Source: an uncultured delta proteobacterium (GTDB lineage: Bacteria; Desulfobacterota; RBG-13-43-22). From it: a stretch of 64,000 nucleotides of DNA. The notes beneath the pieces were generated by a model. The model searched no databases. It was not told where the DNA came from and saw only the letters and a program-made list of their open reading frames with translations. Numbering within the stretch: the stretch's first letter is position 1; each line of letters starts with the position of its first letter. The position numbers and the translations under genes are program-made. Where the stretch lies: the NCBI GenBank assembly GCA_963790475.1, contig CAWBOS010000012.1, forward strand, positions 704,001 to 768,000. The letters are read 5' to 3'. Positions 9,010-19,793 of the stretch are shown piece after piece.

Positions 9010-12000
9010 CTATTCTTCTATTTGAACAAATTTTAGTAGCAAAGGAAGGAACAGAAGCATCATGATCGTCCCGATCAACATGCCACTGACCACCACAATA
9101 GCTAGAGGCCTTTGGACTTGACTGCCGACCCCATGGGCCAACGAAGCCGGTAAGAGTCCCAAAGAAGCGACCAGGCCACCCATCAGGAGGGGCCTGAATT
9201 TATCCTTAATCGCCTCGAAGATGGCCTCATCTTTATTTAGGCCATGAATAACAAGATTGATAAAATGGGTGATCAAAATCGACGAATTGAGAATCGAAAC
9301 GCCGATGATGGAAATAAAACCTACTATGGATGAAACGTTCAGGGATTCACCAGTTATAAGGAGGCCTTCGAGACCACCAAAAATCGAAAACATTGCGACT
9401 GCCATGGTTATAAGGACGTTGTTAACCGAGCGATAACAGACGTAGAGGACCGTCAAGATGAGAAAAATCGAGATAGGGATTGAGACATAAAACCGCTTAA
9501 AGGACTCCTCCATCTCGTTGAACATGCCGCTCCACTTCATGAAATAACCATCGGGCATTTTTATTTTCGAGGTCTCCTTTTGGGCCTGTTCCACCGTTCC
9601 TCCAAGATCTTTGGAAGTAACGGTAAACTTTATCGGAATATACCTTCTGAACCCTTCCCTATAAATGAAGGATGCTCCGGTATCGTAATGCACATTGGCT
9701 ATACGGGAAAGAGCGACAAAGCCGCCGCCTGGCAAAATGAGAGGGATGCCGGCAATCTTGTCCGGGTCCTTTCTGTAACTCGAGGGAAAGCTCACAATGA
9801 GCGAAAAGTTCTTCTCTCCTTCAATGACCTTGCTGATGTCCTTTCCCCCGAGGGCTGCCGAAACCGTATCCAAAACGTCCTGGGTCGTCAGTCCCAAGGC
9901 TGAGGCATTTCCCTTGTTTACTTCGATTAAGAGATTGGGCTGCCCCAATTCTCTTAGTATCCCCTCATCTTCTATGCCCGGAATTTTCTCCAGCCCTTGT
10001 TTTACGGATTTCGCCAACCGGTCGAGCTCGCTCAGGTCATCGCCGAAGATCTTAACGGAGTTCTCTCCTTTAACCCCGGACATAATTTCTTCGAGGTTGT
10101 CCTGAATATATTGAGATACATTGATATCGGCATTAGGGAAGAGCTGTTTCAGTTTTTCCCGGGTATGGCCCTCCAGTTCTTCTTTGGACGCCCTGCTTTT
10201 CCACTGGTCGTAGGACTTCAGCAAAACCGTATATTCGGAATTGAAGGGACCATTAGGATTGGTGCCGTCTTCCGGCCTTCCTATCTTGAAATCGACGGTT
10301 TTCACTTCCGAAAAACCAAGCAGTAGATTTTTTACCTTTTTGGCATTTTCATAGGTTTTATCTAATGAAATCGAGTAGGGGAATATTATTCGGATATACA
10401 TATTACCTTCATCCATCTTGGGAATAAACTGGCTGCTGATGAATTTGAGGGCGATAATCGATCCGATAACCACAACGGCAAATATGATGCAAAGAACTCT
10501 TCGGTAGCCTCCGAGCAAAATTTTAACGATCTGGACATAGCGCCCCTTGAAGCGGGTAATGAATCCGAATTCCCGGTCCTCTGAATTTCTCAGGAAGAGT
10601 TTTTTAGAAGCGATGAGATAAGAAAAGGTTAGGGCAAGGGTAAAGATGATCGCATAGAGATAGGTCTTGGCCATGGGAGAAAAAATTTGGGCTTCCGCCC
10701 CTTTCATCATAAATATGGGGATAAAGGCGAGGAGAATAATCATCACCGAAAAAATCATCGGCCGGCCTATCTCCTCGGAGGCCCTTTCAATGGATTTGAA
10801 GCCAGTCCCAAATTTTTTGGAAAGCCGGAAATAATCCTCCATCAAAATCAGTGGAATATCAGCGATAATGCCGAAATCTATCGCTCCGATGGAGAGGAGA
10901 TTGGCCGATTCGCCCCTGACAGCCATAATGGCCAAAGTTATGATCAGGGATATGGGGATCACGCAGGCGGTAATAACCGCGGCCCTGACGTTTCCAAGGA
11001 ATAGAAAGAGGGCTATGGCCACCAGGGCGATACCCGTTGAGGCGGTTTCTATGACCTTTTTGATTACGGTGGTGATCAGGTCCCATCGCTCATAGTAGGG
11101 GACTACCTTTACTCCCTTGGGGAGAATCCGATCATTGAGTTCTTTGATCTTCTCATGGATCGATTTGATCGATGGGATACTCTTGGCATCTTTTCTCAGG
11201 ACGACGGTTCCCATGACGATATCATCCTTATCGTTCAAGGCGACTATCCCGGTCCTGGGGATATTTCCAATAGTGACTTGGGCAATGTTTCTAACCAGGA
11301 TCGCTTTTCCGTTTTTATAACCGATCAGTGAATCTTCGATGTCGCTGATATTCTTGATGAGACCCAGTCCCCTGACCATATAGTACTGGTCGCCCTTTTC
11401 AATCACACGTCCACCGACATTCAGGTTAGATTTCGACAGCGAATCCGTAACCTGTGAGAGGGTGATCCCATACTTAATCAGATTTTCCGGCTGAACGACC
11501 ACGTCGTAGGTTTTTATAAAGCCGCCTTCACTGGGGACATCTTCCACCCCATCGGCCGTCTTTAAGTATCTGGCCACGCTCCAGTCCTGCAGCGATCTCA
11601 GCTCCATAAGATTCTCCAAGCCTTCAAGGCTGTAGCGCATAACCTCTCCCATGGGATTGGGAATAATCGACGGTTGAATATTGTCAGGGAGGGTTACATT
11701 GGCCAGTCTGTTCAGGACTTCCTGTTTCGCTTGCCGGTAATTTGTAGCATAGGAAAATTTGCATTTGATATCCGAAAGCCCGTAAAGAGAGATGGAATTA
11801 ATCCGGTCCAGGCCTTCCATCCCGGCCAAAGCCACTTCTATGGGAACGGTCATCTGACGCTCAACCTCTTCCGCCGACCGGCCCTGAAAGATGGTCACGA
11901 TTTCGACGATCGGAGGAGCCGGGTCAGGGAAGGCCTCGACGTTTAAATTTCTTACAAGGAAAAGTGAGAGAAGAAAACCCGAGGCGATGAGGAGCAAAAC

Positions 12001-12042
12001 CAACAGACTGTGCTCCGTTACGAAAAGGACCCATTTTTTCAT
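9010..12042 (-). CDS. CusA/CzcA-family heavy-metal efflux RND permease
   Basis: 1010 aa. AFPD, GAIDFGIIAD, QRPLAIVVVSG; two-repeat RND topology. Confidence 0.92.
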   Translation of the reverse strand: MKKWVLFVTEHSLLVLLLIASGFLLSLFLVRNLNVEAFPDPAPPIVEIVTIFQGRSAEEVERQMTVPIEVALAGMEGLDRINSISLYGLSDIKCKFSYATNYRQAKQEVLNRLANVTLPDNIQPSIIPNPMGEVMRYSLEGLENLMELRSLQDWSVARYLKTADGVEDVPSEGGFIKTYDVVVQPENLIKYGITLSQVTDSLSKSNLNVGGRVIEKGDQYYMVRGLGLIKNISDIEDSLIGYKNGKAILVRNIAQVTIGNIPRTGIVALNDKDDIVMGTVVLRKDAKSIPSIKSIHEKIKELNDRILPKGVKVVPYYERWDLITTVIKKVIETASTGIALVAIALFLFLGNVRAAVITACVIPISLIITLAIMAVRGESANLLSIGAIDFGIIADIPLILMEDYFRLSKKFGTGFKSIERASEEIGRPMIFSVMIILLAFIPIFMMKGAEAQIFSPMAKTYLYAIIFTLALTFSYLIASKKLFLRNSEDREFGFITRFKGRYVQIVKILLGGYRRVLCIIFAVVVIGSIIALKFISSQFIPKMDEGNMYIRIIFPYSISLDKTYENAKKVKNLLLGFSEVKTVDFKIGRPEDGTNPNGPFNSEYTVLLKSYDQWKSRASKEELEGHTREKLKQLFPNADINVSQYIQDNLEEIMSGVKGENSVKIFGDDLSELDRLAKSVKQGLEKIPGIEDEGILRELGQPNLLIEVNKGNASALGLTTQDVLDTVSAALGGKDISKVIEGEKNFSLIVSFPSSYRKDPDKIAGIPLILPGGGFVALSRIANVHYDTGASFIYREGFRRYIPIKFTVTSKDLGGTVEQAQKETSKIKMPDGYFMKWSGMFNEMEESFKRFYVSIPISIFLILTVLYVCYRSVNNVLITMAVAMFSIFGGLEGLLITGESLNVSSIVGFISIIGVSILNSSILITHFINLVIHGLNKDEAIFEAIKDKFRPLLMGGLVASLGLLPASLAHGVGSQVQRPLAIVVVSGMLIGTIMMLLFLPLLLKFVQIEE

Positions 12043-13082
12043 GGTTTCTCCAGATCGATGGCTGAGTAGACGATTTCGTCTCCTTCGTCTAGGCCCTCAA
12101 CAGCCATGGTTCTATTGGAAATGTCTTCAATGGTCTTAATTTCTTTAAGTTCGATTTTCTCCCCTTCTTTTTTAAGGTATACGTAGAACTTGCCGTCTTT
12201 GTAAAGGCAGGCGGTCTTGGGGATTACCGGCAGGCTCTTTTCACTGTCGAGCATTTTTATTTTTAGGAACATGTTTTGTTTGAACAGGCTTCCCCCTTCC
12301 AAAATCCTTATATAAGCTTTTATTGTTTTTGTATCCTGGTCCTCCACATCGCTAATATAAAAGACTATTCCTTTAAAGTTCTTTTCAGGGAAGATGTCCG
12401 TCGAGAAAGTAACTTTCTTACCTTTCGGAATTTTTGGCAGATCCGTGTCATAGATATTGGCCACGACCATAACCCTCTGAGAATTGGCAATGACTATAAG
12501 AGGAGTGCTTGTATCAAAACGGTCGCCGATATGGGCCTGGATGTCCACGACATGTCCATCAATCGGGGCCTTGATGATGAACTGGCCATGCACAGCTTCT
12601 TCGGATGATGCGCCGTAGATGTCGAGTTTCTTCTTCAACCCGCTGGATAGGGCTTTGGCCTGTTCATAACTCGCCTCGCTGTTGAAAAGGTCGTTTCGGG
12701 CGATTGCCCCGACTTCAAAAAGTCCTTTATTGAGATGGTAGATTCGTTCAGCTTGTTTGAGCTGAGAAAGTGTCGATAAATAACTGGTATAAGTGTCGCT
12801 GGCTTCCGAACTCCTGAGCATGGCCAGAGGCGTTCCCTTTTTTACCGCTTCCCCAATTTTTATGAAAATCCTTTCGACAACCCCCTGGAGAGGCGAGACG
12901 ATCTTCGCGCCTCCTTCGAGGTCGGGTTGGATCGTGCCGGTCATTTCTATATAAGACTGTATTTTTTCAGACGTTACCTTATAGGTTTGCAATTGCCTTT
13001 TGAATTCAGTTCGGGGGGGATCTCCCTGGCTGCACCCATAGAGCGTTATGGCCAATATCACGCCTATAGCCGTATTTCTCAC
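12039..13082 (-). CDS. RND efflux periplasmic adaptor (CzcB-like MFP)
   Basis: Lipobox LYGC, lipoyl-like halves, IKAPIDG; overlaps the RND start. Confidence 0.88.
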   Translation of the reverse strand: MRNTAIGVILAITLYGCSQGDPPRTEFKRQLQTYKVTSEKIQSYIEMTGTIQPDLEGGAKIVSPLQGVVERIFIKIGEAVKKGTPLAMLRSSEASDTYTSYLSTLSQLKQAERIYHLNKGLFEVGAIARNDLFNSEASYEQAKALSSGLKKKLDIYGASSEEAVHGQFIIKAPIDGHVVDIQAHIGDRFDTSTPLIVIANSQRVMVVANIYDTDLPKIPKGKKVTFSTDIFPEKNFKGIVFYISDVEDQDTKTIKAYIRILEGGSLFKQNMFLKIKMLDSEKSLPVIPKTACLYKDGKFYVYLKKEGEKIELKEIKTIEDISNRTMAVEGLDEGDEIVYSAIDLEKP

Positions 13083-14335
13083 CTTAACTCTCCCGTGTAA
13101 ACCTTTAAAAGGTTCCCATTTAGATTGGCTTGCACCAGCGACTGGTTGTATTTTGACATAAAATTCCTATAGGCTTTTTCCGTGTCGAGCAAGTCGAGCA
13201 CCGTGAGCCCGCCAAGCGAAAAGGCCTTTTCACTCTCCTCCATTAGTTTTTCCATATCTTTTTTCCTGCTTCCATAAGCCCCAAACACCTTTTTCGATGC
13301 CTCAAAATTGTTTAGGGACTGGCGAACATCTGAGAGAATCTGCCGCTTCACCTTATCCCTTTGGATTTCGAGTTGGTGGTATTCGGCCTTTTTTTTGGCG
13401 ATTTCCCCCTGATTTCTGTTGAACAGAGGGAGGGGTATGCTGAAACCGAGGCCTGCACCGGGATCATTTTTTGGTCCTATGGTGTCGAACTCAGCCCCGA
13501 AGGTGATGTCGGGTATCCTCTGGGCTCTGGCCAGTTGTTGGTTCAGGGCCGAGGCCTTTAGCTGTCTTTCAATCGATAGAAGATCGAAGCGATATTGATA
13601 GGCCTGTTGGAGAAGGTCTTTCTCGGTTTGGTCATTGAATCCTTCGATGATATGAAGAGCCGGTTTTACCGGTGAGGCCTTCCCTAACAGCATACTGAAT
13701 TGTTCAACGTCGTTCCGGAGCTGGGCCTCAAGGCTGAAGAGGTTGTTTTCCAGGTCGATCCTGGCCAGCTTCAGTTTCGTATAATCAACTAAAGACAAAA
13801 AACCTGCCTGGAACCTCTTCTCCCCGATCATCAGCGTTTTATCGAATCGCTTCAGCTCGTCTCGGGCCAATTCCGTATTGAGCAAGTCGGTATTGATATT
13901 GAAAAAAAGCGTATAAAATCCGATAAGAAGCGTCCTGACTGTGTCTTTTTGGGATAATTTTATAGCTTCAAGGGCTTCTGACGAAGCACCGGATCTCAAC
14001 TCCCTTTTCCCTCCCGGTTCGATTAACTGGTCGATTCGGGTAACCGTTTGTGTATTATCAGTAGCTTTTGGGAATCCATCAAATCCGATAAAGCTATAAT
14101 TAAAGCTCAAGTTCGGATTGGGTAATAGACGCGATCCTACATAGTCCCCATAGGCCTTATCGATCTCATATTTGCTTATCAGGACGTCGTAGTTGTTTTT
14201 ATAAAATAAATCCAGGGCATAAGAAAGACTGACTTCTTCATCCGCTGCAAGAGCCTGAAAGGAAGAAAGGACCGTCAAGGCCAGGAATACCGCCAGAAAA
14301 AAAACAGATCTCAATAAAAGCTCTTTAAGCCTCAT
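13079..14335 (-). CDS. TolC/CzcC-family outer-membrane efflux protein
   Basis: Signal peptide, LLPNP, SIPLPLFNRNQG, LDLLD. Confidence 0.88.
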   Translation of the reverse strand: MRLKELLLRSVFFLAVFLALTVLSSFQALAADEEVSLSYALDLFYKNNYDVLISKYEIDKAYGDYVGSRLLPNPNLSFNYSFIGFDGFPKATDNTQTVTRIDQLIEPGGKRELRSGASSEALEAIKLSQKDTVRTLLIGFYTLFFNINTDLLNTELARDELKRFDKTLMIGEKRFQAGFLSLVDYTKLKLARIDLENNLFSLEAQLRNDVEQFSMLLGKASPVKPALHIIEGFNDQTEKDLLQQAYQYRFDLLSIERQLKASALNQQLARAQRIPDITFGAEFDTIGPKNDPGAGLGFSIPLPLFNRNQGEIAKKKAEYHQLEIQRDKVKRQILSDVRQSLNNFEASKKVFGAYGSRKKDMEKLMEESEKAFSLGGLTVLDLLDTEKAYRNFMSKYNQSLVQANLNGNLLKVYTGELR

Positions 14336-14404
14336 CTCAAAGATATCCTTTGCGATATTTTATTAATAATAATCATTTCGCGGCTATCCCCTTTATTATT
14401 CTCC

Positions 14405-15001
14405 TTATTTTTCAGGTATCCGCTCGTTGTTTAAAAACACTTTGAATCCAATTATGCCTTTCAAATAGTTTTGATTGGCAGATTGGTATCTCCGATAGAT
14501 CGGTTTGAGTTCAAGATTACAGGGCTTCCCCTCCTTGCATGTTATTTCAAATTTTATTCTATAATCATCCCCCGGCAAACCAAAGAATACCCTATGAACC
14601 CCTTCTTTCAGTCTGATCCTTTTCTCCAGGATATATTTCACCCCTTCACCACAATCTGGGATATTTTCCCTCGAATTACATTTATGGTCATTTTCCTTTT
14701 TCCCCGGCGCTTCCCATATAATGGCTTGGCCGTCTATGTTAAATAAAAAAGGATAGCGAGGCTTCCCGTGTAACGAATTCTTTGATTCTAAGAAATACCA
14801 ACCTTCGGGATGCGTCTTAATCTGGGCCTTGACTGTTAAATCGACCAGACCTTCTTGTGGTGTCTCTTCGCCTTCAATCTCGTAAAAAACGCCTGTCCTC
14901 TCACTGAGTGATTGCTTTACTATCTCTTTTGATGCAATGATATCACACCCAACAAGAGTGATAACTATCCCAATAAACAGCAACACCGGCATTTTTTTCA
15001 T
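14405..15001 (-). CDS. Hypothetical lipoprotein, first gene of the RND operon
   Basis: GGAGG RBS, lipobox LVGC, co-oriented with the RND genes. Confidence 0.7.
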   Translation of the reverse strand: MKKMPVLLFIGIVITLVGCDIIASKEIVKQSLSERTGVFYEIEGEETPQEGLVDLTVKAQIKTHPEGWYFLESKNSLHGKPRYPFLFNIDGQAIIWEAPGKKENDHKCNSRENIPDCGEGVKYILEKRIRLKEGVHRVFFGLPGDDYRIKFEITCKEGKPCNLELKPIYRRYQSANQNYLKGIIGFKVFLNNERIPEK

Positions 15002-15062
15002 AACTCCTCCAAAAGAGATAAGAGTTTAGACCGGACAATCTGAGCAATAAAAAAGCTACCGT

Positions 15063-15305
15063 TTAAGCCTCCCACGCAACAAACATCCCCGAACGCATCA
15101 AACGACCGGGATCGTCAAGTTCGAGGTGTTCCATCTCGATTATATTGGATTGGATGATTTGATGCTCTTCTTCTGTGAATCTCCGGGCGTTTTCGAACCT
15201 GCAGAATGGCAACCAGTTCCTGAAGCGACAAATAGGGAAAGCCAGCACCGACAGAAGATCTGCTTGACAGGCCGTCGCACAAACGCACCCGTAATTGACG
15301 AGCAA
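15063..15305 (-). CDS. Possible small Cys-rich protein (CVCATAC) in the RND operon leader; start uncertain
   Basis: Lies between the sigma54 promoter and the lipoprotein. An upstream in-frame ATG is cut off by TAA. Confidence 0.35.
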   Translation of the reverse strand: MLVNYGCVCATACQADLLSVLAFPICRFRNWLPFCRFENARRFTEEEHQIIQSNIIEMEHLELDDPGRLMRSGMFVAWEA

Positions 15306-15689
15306 GAACCGAGAAGCAATGATGATTTGATTGTTTATTTATAGCTGTTCGTTATGAATCATTATTTGGGATTCTAAGCTATGGTTCTGAAACCAGGTAA
15401 AGTTGCTGGCCAAAGGGCTTAGCAATTTCTTCTACACACCTTCCTCGAAATCATCGGGCATTGCTTCATCTCGCCTTCATCCTGGATCCGGGTTTCTAAC
15501 GAAAAGTCTTCCAATTCTATTTTTGCTATTATAACTAATAAAACTTACATCAAGTTTTCCTTTAGTCCACTAACCCACATTACCTATGAAAAAGTTGTGC
15601 AAGATGTTTTTGGTCCTTTTTTTCTATTGATCAAAGAGCTGACAAACTCGCTTTAAAAGCGAAGTTGATTATTCAACGTTAGTTCCTTC

Positions 15690-15704
15690 GCAAAAAGAAT
15701 GCCA
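15690..15704 (-). promoter_or_regulatory. Sigma54 (-24/-12) promoter for the RND operon
   Basis: TGGCATTCTTTTTGC = GG-N10-GC, just downstream of a sigma54 activator gene. TGCAAGAATTGTA at about 15758-15770 may be an activator site. Confidence 0.7.
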
Positions 15705-15803
15705 CGATATAACCAACTAAATTAACTGAAATATTAAAAACTTAGAGGTGGGATCCGTGCAAGAATTGTATACGTTAATTGAATGTTTTAAAAAAATGGG
15801 GGA

Positions 15804-17168
15804 TCAAATTTGCGGATTATGTATCTTGAGTTTGTAATGCAAAGTCCTTACCGATATGCCGAGTATTTTTGCTGCCTCGGTTTTGTTATTGGTGGCTAAA
15901 GCCAAGGCATGGATTAAGTATTTTTTTTCAAGATTTTCCATTGCTTCTGTGAAAGGCAGCGAATAGTCAACAGCATCCTCTGCTGGAGGAATTTTTTCAG
16001 ATTTGGTTTGGAAAGTGGTAATATCGTCATCAAGAATATCCCCCGTAGCAACGGCAACAGCCCTGTTGATATACCATTTGAGTTCCCTGATGTTGCCTGG
16101 CCAATCATGGGATACCAAAATCTCCATGGTCCGAGAAGTCACACCCCGAATCTGTTTTTTGTAAGCGTAGTTTGCTTCTTTTATGAATGCTGAGACAAAT
16201 AGTGGGATATCATCCCGGCGCTCACGTAGAGGTGGTAGTTCGAAGGCTATGCCGTTAATTCGGTAAAAGAGGTCTCTGCGGAACGAGCTGGCAGGATCGG
16301 CGAGATCACTGTTAGTGGCGGAGATAAGCCTGAAGTTTACCTGCCTTTCCCTAGTGTCCCCAAGCTTGTAATAGACACCATTTTCCAGAACTCTAAGGAA
16401 TTTCGACTGAACGGTTTCCGGTAATGCGCTGATCTCATCGAGGAAGAGTGTCCCACCGTCAGCCTTCTCCACAAGCCCTTCTTTGGTGGCAGCAGCCCCG
16501 GAAAATGCTCCTTTCACATAACCAAACAGTTCGCTCTCCAGGATGTCCTTCGGCAGTGCTGCGCAGTTGATGGCCACCATCTCACCTCCTTGGCCGGAAA
16601 GGGCATGGATCCACTTGGCCAGTTTTTCTTTCCCTGTGCCGGTCTCGCCACTGATGAAAACCGGAATATCGAGAGGAGCGATCATTGACACTCTGTCGAT
16701 GATCGGCTTCATCGTTCCAGTTCCCGAGGTGATGAAGGGGGTTGCGATTATCTTGAGCTCTTTATCCAGTATATCTATCTTTTTCTGGAGTAACTGGTTT
16801 TCCAGATAAACGGTCATCTCCCGTTTGAGCTTTTCTACATCGAAAGGCTTAACGAAATACTCGACAGCCCCTTCCTTCAGGGCCCTCACGGCGCTGTCCA
16901 CGGTGGCGTAAGCGGTCATGATGAATACCACCGGTATCCGCCCGCACAATTTTAGCTCCTGTAGGAATTCCACCCCGTTTCCATCGGGAAGCCTGATGTC
17001 GAGCAAAATGCCATCCGGAACTTTCTTGTTCACATATTCTCTGGCCGCAGCGAGTGAGCTGGCCCCTGAGACATCGAAAGTATCCTCGATGGCCATTTCA
17101 AGGGACTCCCGGAAGTTGTCTTCATCATCCACGACCAGGACAGAAGATTTTTGCTTATACTTATTCAT
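15804..17168 (-). CDS. Sigma54-dependent response regulator (REC-AAA-Fis HTH)
   Basis: VVDD, LLDIRLPDG, GETGTGKE, ESELFG, GAFSGA, LFLDEI, WPGNIREL, HTH. Confidence 0.93.
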   Translation of the reverse strand: MNKYKQKSSVLVVDDEDNFRESLEMAIEDTFDVSGASSLAAAREYVNKKVPDGILLDIRLPDGNGVEFLQELKLCGRIPVVFIMTAYATVDSAVRALKEGAVEYFVKPFDVEKLKREMTVYLENQLLQKKIDILDKELKIIATPFITSGTGTMKPIIDRVSMIAPLDIPVFISGETGTGKEKLAKWIHALSGQGGEMVAINCAALPKDILESELFGYVKGAFSGAAATKEGLVEKADGGTLFLDEISALPETVQSKFLRVLENGVYYKLGDTRERQVNFRLISATNSDLADPASSFRRDLFYRINGIAFELPPLRERRDDIPLFVSAFIKEANYAYKKQIRGVTSRTMEILVSHDWPGNIRELKWYINRAVAVATGDILDDDITTFQTKSEKIPPAEDAVDYSLPFTEAMENLEKKYLIHALALATNNKTEAAKILGISVRTLHYKLKIHNPQI

Positions 17169-18343
17169 GAATTATGATCCTTTTTTTGCGGAAGCAAAAT
17201 ACTGATCCCCGCTCCGTGTTCCATTCTGTAAAGAGAGATCTTACCATCATGCGCCGTCACTATCTTCTTTGCCAAATATAGCCCCAGACCCATACCTCTT
17301 GAACGGAAAGTGATAAAAGGATCGAATAGGGTGTCGAAATCAGCGCCCTCTGGAAACCCAGCACCGTTATCCTTTAATTGAATTTTTGTCGAAGCATTAT
17401 CTTCTGCCTGAATAGTGCAGACCTTTAGCTGGATTTTATCCGCGCCAGCCTCCCAGCTGTTCCTTAAAAGATTGTCAAGAAGCAGTTCCAGGTAAAACTT
17501 ATCACCATAAACTTCTACAGGAAGGGGAACGTGTAATTGCAGAGAGTATTTTGAAGCCACTTCGGTGATAAGTGGGGTAAGGGGTACCCATTCTTCGTTA
17601 CCGATTTCTATCTCTTTTCCATAGACCAGAAGGCTGTTTATAAGCTGCTGAGCCCGGCCAAGCTCTTCTTTTGCCAATGTTATGAAACGATCAGTGAACT
17701 TTTTATCCCGGATGCGTGCAGGCAGGATTTGGACCAGGTTCGATATGGTAGCAATAGGGGTTTTTATTTCATGGGCAAGGGTGGCCACCATACGTCCTAT
17801 CAAAGCCAGCGCCTCGTGCTCCTCCAAAACCTTCTTGAACTCTGCTTGTTTAACTTCAAACTGTTGATGCATGGCAAGAGCCTGTTTCTTCTTTTCCATA
17901 AACAGGACTATGAAGGTAAACATAAAAATAGTTGTTATAAGGCCGTAAATCAGCTCTGGCGTGTCCAGGATAGCGAGCTCTCTCTCCAGAAATGAATTCA
18001 CAATGTAATAATCAAGCCGTTCTTTTCCCTCCTCATAGGTAAACAAGAAACTGAAATCCTTACTATTAGGTCTTGCATTTTGCTCCGGATTGACAGCAAT
18101 GATTTTGCCGCTCAGGACAGAAACAGAGAACTTCTTTATGAAAAGGAATACTTCTTCAGGCGTGGGAGCTTTGGCGGAATCTTTAAAAGAGGCGGCAACA
18201 TTTGTGATTTCTTGCCTTAGTTCATTCCGTAATCTTTTTTCGACTGCGATGTTTGCAATGCTGTCTATCAGGAGGGTGACTATTATTCCGGTTAACAATG
18301 CAGCCAGAAGATATAAGATGGGACGGAACAATTGTTTCAGCAT
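17165..18343 (-). CDS. Membrane sensor histidine kinase
   Basis: Two TMs, LAHEIKTP H-box, DNGAG, GMGLGL. Start placed at ATG 18343 (MLKQLF). Confidence 0.88.
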   Translation of the reverse strand: MLKQLFRPILYLLAALLTGIIVTLLIDSIANIAVEKRLRNELRQEITNVAASFKDSAKAPTPEEVFLFIKKFSVSVLSGKIIAVNPEQNARPNSKDFSFLFTYEEGKERLDYYIVNSFLERELAILDTPELIYGLITTIFMFTFIVLFMEKKKQALAMHQQFEVKQAEFKKVLEEHEALALIGRMVATLAHEIKTPIATISNLVQILPARIRDKKFTDRFITLAKEELGRAQQLINSLLVYGKEIEIGNEEWVPLTPLITEVASKYSLQLHVPLPVEVYGDKFYLELLLDNLLRNSWEAGADKIQLKVCTIQAEDNASTKIQLKDNGAGFPEGADFDTLFDPFITFRSRGMGLGLYLAKKIVTAHDGKISLYRMEHGAGISILLPQKKDHNS

Positions 18344-18775
18344 AGATGGAATCTTTACATGTTTTTTGATAGTATTGGCTTTGGAAATCCGTCTTATTTT
18401 TGCTAATCCTGGAGAGGGCCGGTTCTCCCACCAACTTCTCCAGGCATGAATTTTCCTCTCCTGGTTCCTTGATTTTTCAAGCTGCCGCATTGTATCATAT
18501 AAGCCGTATCAAATCAAAAACTCAGTGGCGGTAATAATAGTTGTCTTTCTCATTCCCGGCCCTTTATAAAGCCCCTTTAAAAAATACAGTCTGTTAAACG
18601 AAAAAATACTGTCTTTCAAACATTTATCTTTTGCTTCTTATTCCCCCATGATAAAAGGAATTTATTCTGAAATAAATCCAAACGAGGACTGAATTAACGG
18701 GCCTCGGGCAAGAGTTAAAAGACATAGGCTTGATAACGATTTCACTTAACTATTGAGAAAGGTGGGAAAAACCTA

Positions 18776-19456
18776 ATGAAGAACTGGAAAAATCAGTGCT
18801 GCCTATTCCTATTCCTGTTGTTGTTCATCCCATTTCCCTTATATTCAGCAGAAACCGCGCTTTCTTCAGATGGTAATCTTCCAGATAGACTGGAAGATGG
18901 GGCATTTTCAAAAAAGCCGGGGATCTTTCTTTCCGGAGTCGGACAGGGATTTCGCACCGGAACAAAAGTAGTGGGCTTATCCGTCGGGGTAACTGAGGGC
19001 TTAGTGATATTAGGTAGCACCTCGCGACATGATCTGGCACTGGTCTCAGTCTCGTATGGTCAAATGATCGGAAAGGTTAAAGGAATTGACAAATGGTATC
19101 AGGGCAACTGGGAGCTCCGGGCGGAATTATTCGGAGGGGCTCAGTTTAATCCGGACACCCGCTCACTCTTCGGAGTGACTCCGCATTTACGATACAATTT
19201 TGCAACAGGCACCCGCTTTATTCCTTATATCGACGTGGGCGCAGGTGTGTCTCTCACGGAAATTCGAGAACCGGACCTAGGCGGCGCTTTCGAGTTTAAT
19301 TTGCAAGCAATCACCGGAATGAATTATTTTGTGCAAGACAACCTGAGCCTCAATTTCGCCATACAATATCTTCACCTCTCGTCGGCTGAAATTTACAAAC
19401 CAAATAATGGCGTAAATACCTTAGGCTGTTTCCTGGGTGTCCAATGGTATTTCTAG
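18776..19456 (+). CDS. Acyloxyacyl hydrolase / PagL-like outer-membrane beta-barrel
   Basis: Signal peptide, PYIDVGAG, FEFNLQ, HLSSA...NNGVN, terminal aromatic residue. Confidence 0.8.
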   Translation: MKNWKNQCCLFLFLLLFIPFPLYSAETALSSDGNLPDRLEDGAFSKKPGIFLSGVGQGFRTGTKVVGLSVGVTEGLVILGSTSRHDLALVSVSYGQMIGKVKGIDKWYQGNWELRAELFGGAQFNPDTRSLFGVTPHLRYNFATGTRFIPYIDVGAGVSLTEIREPDLGGAFEFNLQAITGMNYFVQDNLSLNFAIQYLHLSSAEIYKPNNGVNTLGCFLGVQWYF

Positions 19457-19529
19457 ACTCGATTTGATTTTCTACTAGAGGTCTATTCTACCTATAAATT
19501 AAAGAGTCGTTCGTAAAATGATTTTATTC

Positions 19530-19793
19530 ATGGGAAAAAGACTACAAAAAATCATGGGGCTTGAAGCAGATGAAAGAGAAATAGCCCTAAGAGAATATGG
19601 TCAAGAATTAGGTTGTAGTCTTTCTGTAAGTTAGTCATCTAATGACGAACATCTTGAGGAAGATATTGTTAGGAGAATCCAGGAACCAATGAAGAGTATT
19701 CGGAAGTCGAGGCTATGGTTACTTGCCTTTATTTTAACCATTGTAATTTATGCCGGCACCTTTGTTTTATGGTTTATTTTATGGAGTCATTAA
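19530..19793 (+). pseudogene. Small single-TM protein gene interrupted by an in-frame TAG
   Basis: MGKRLQKIMG...LSVS*SSNDEHLEEDIVRRIQE...LWLLAFILTIVIYAG. TAG at 19632-19634 (codon 35 of 88). Confidence 0.45.

Noticed and set aside
15063-15690. NiCo (czcD) riboswitch in the RND leader
   Set aside because: I could not find the conserved four-way-junction sequence blocks by eye; an Infernal search would settle it.
19632-19634. In-frame TAG as possible pyrrolysine
   Set aside because: No methylamine methyltransferase context and no pyl genes in the window; a nonsense mutation is simpler.
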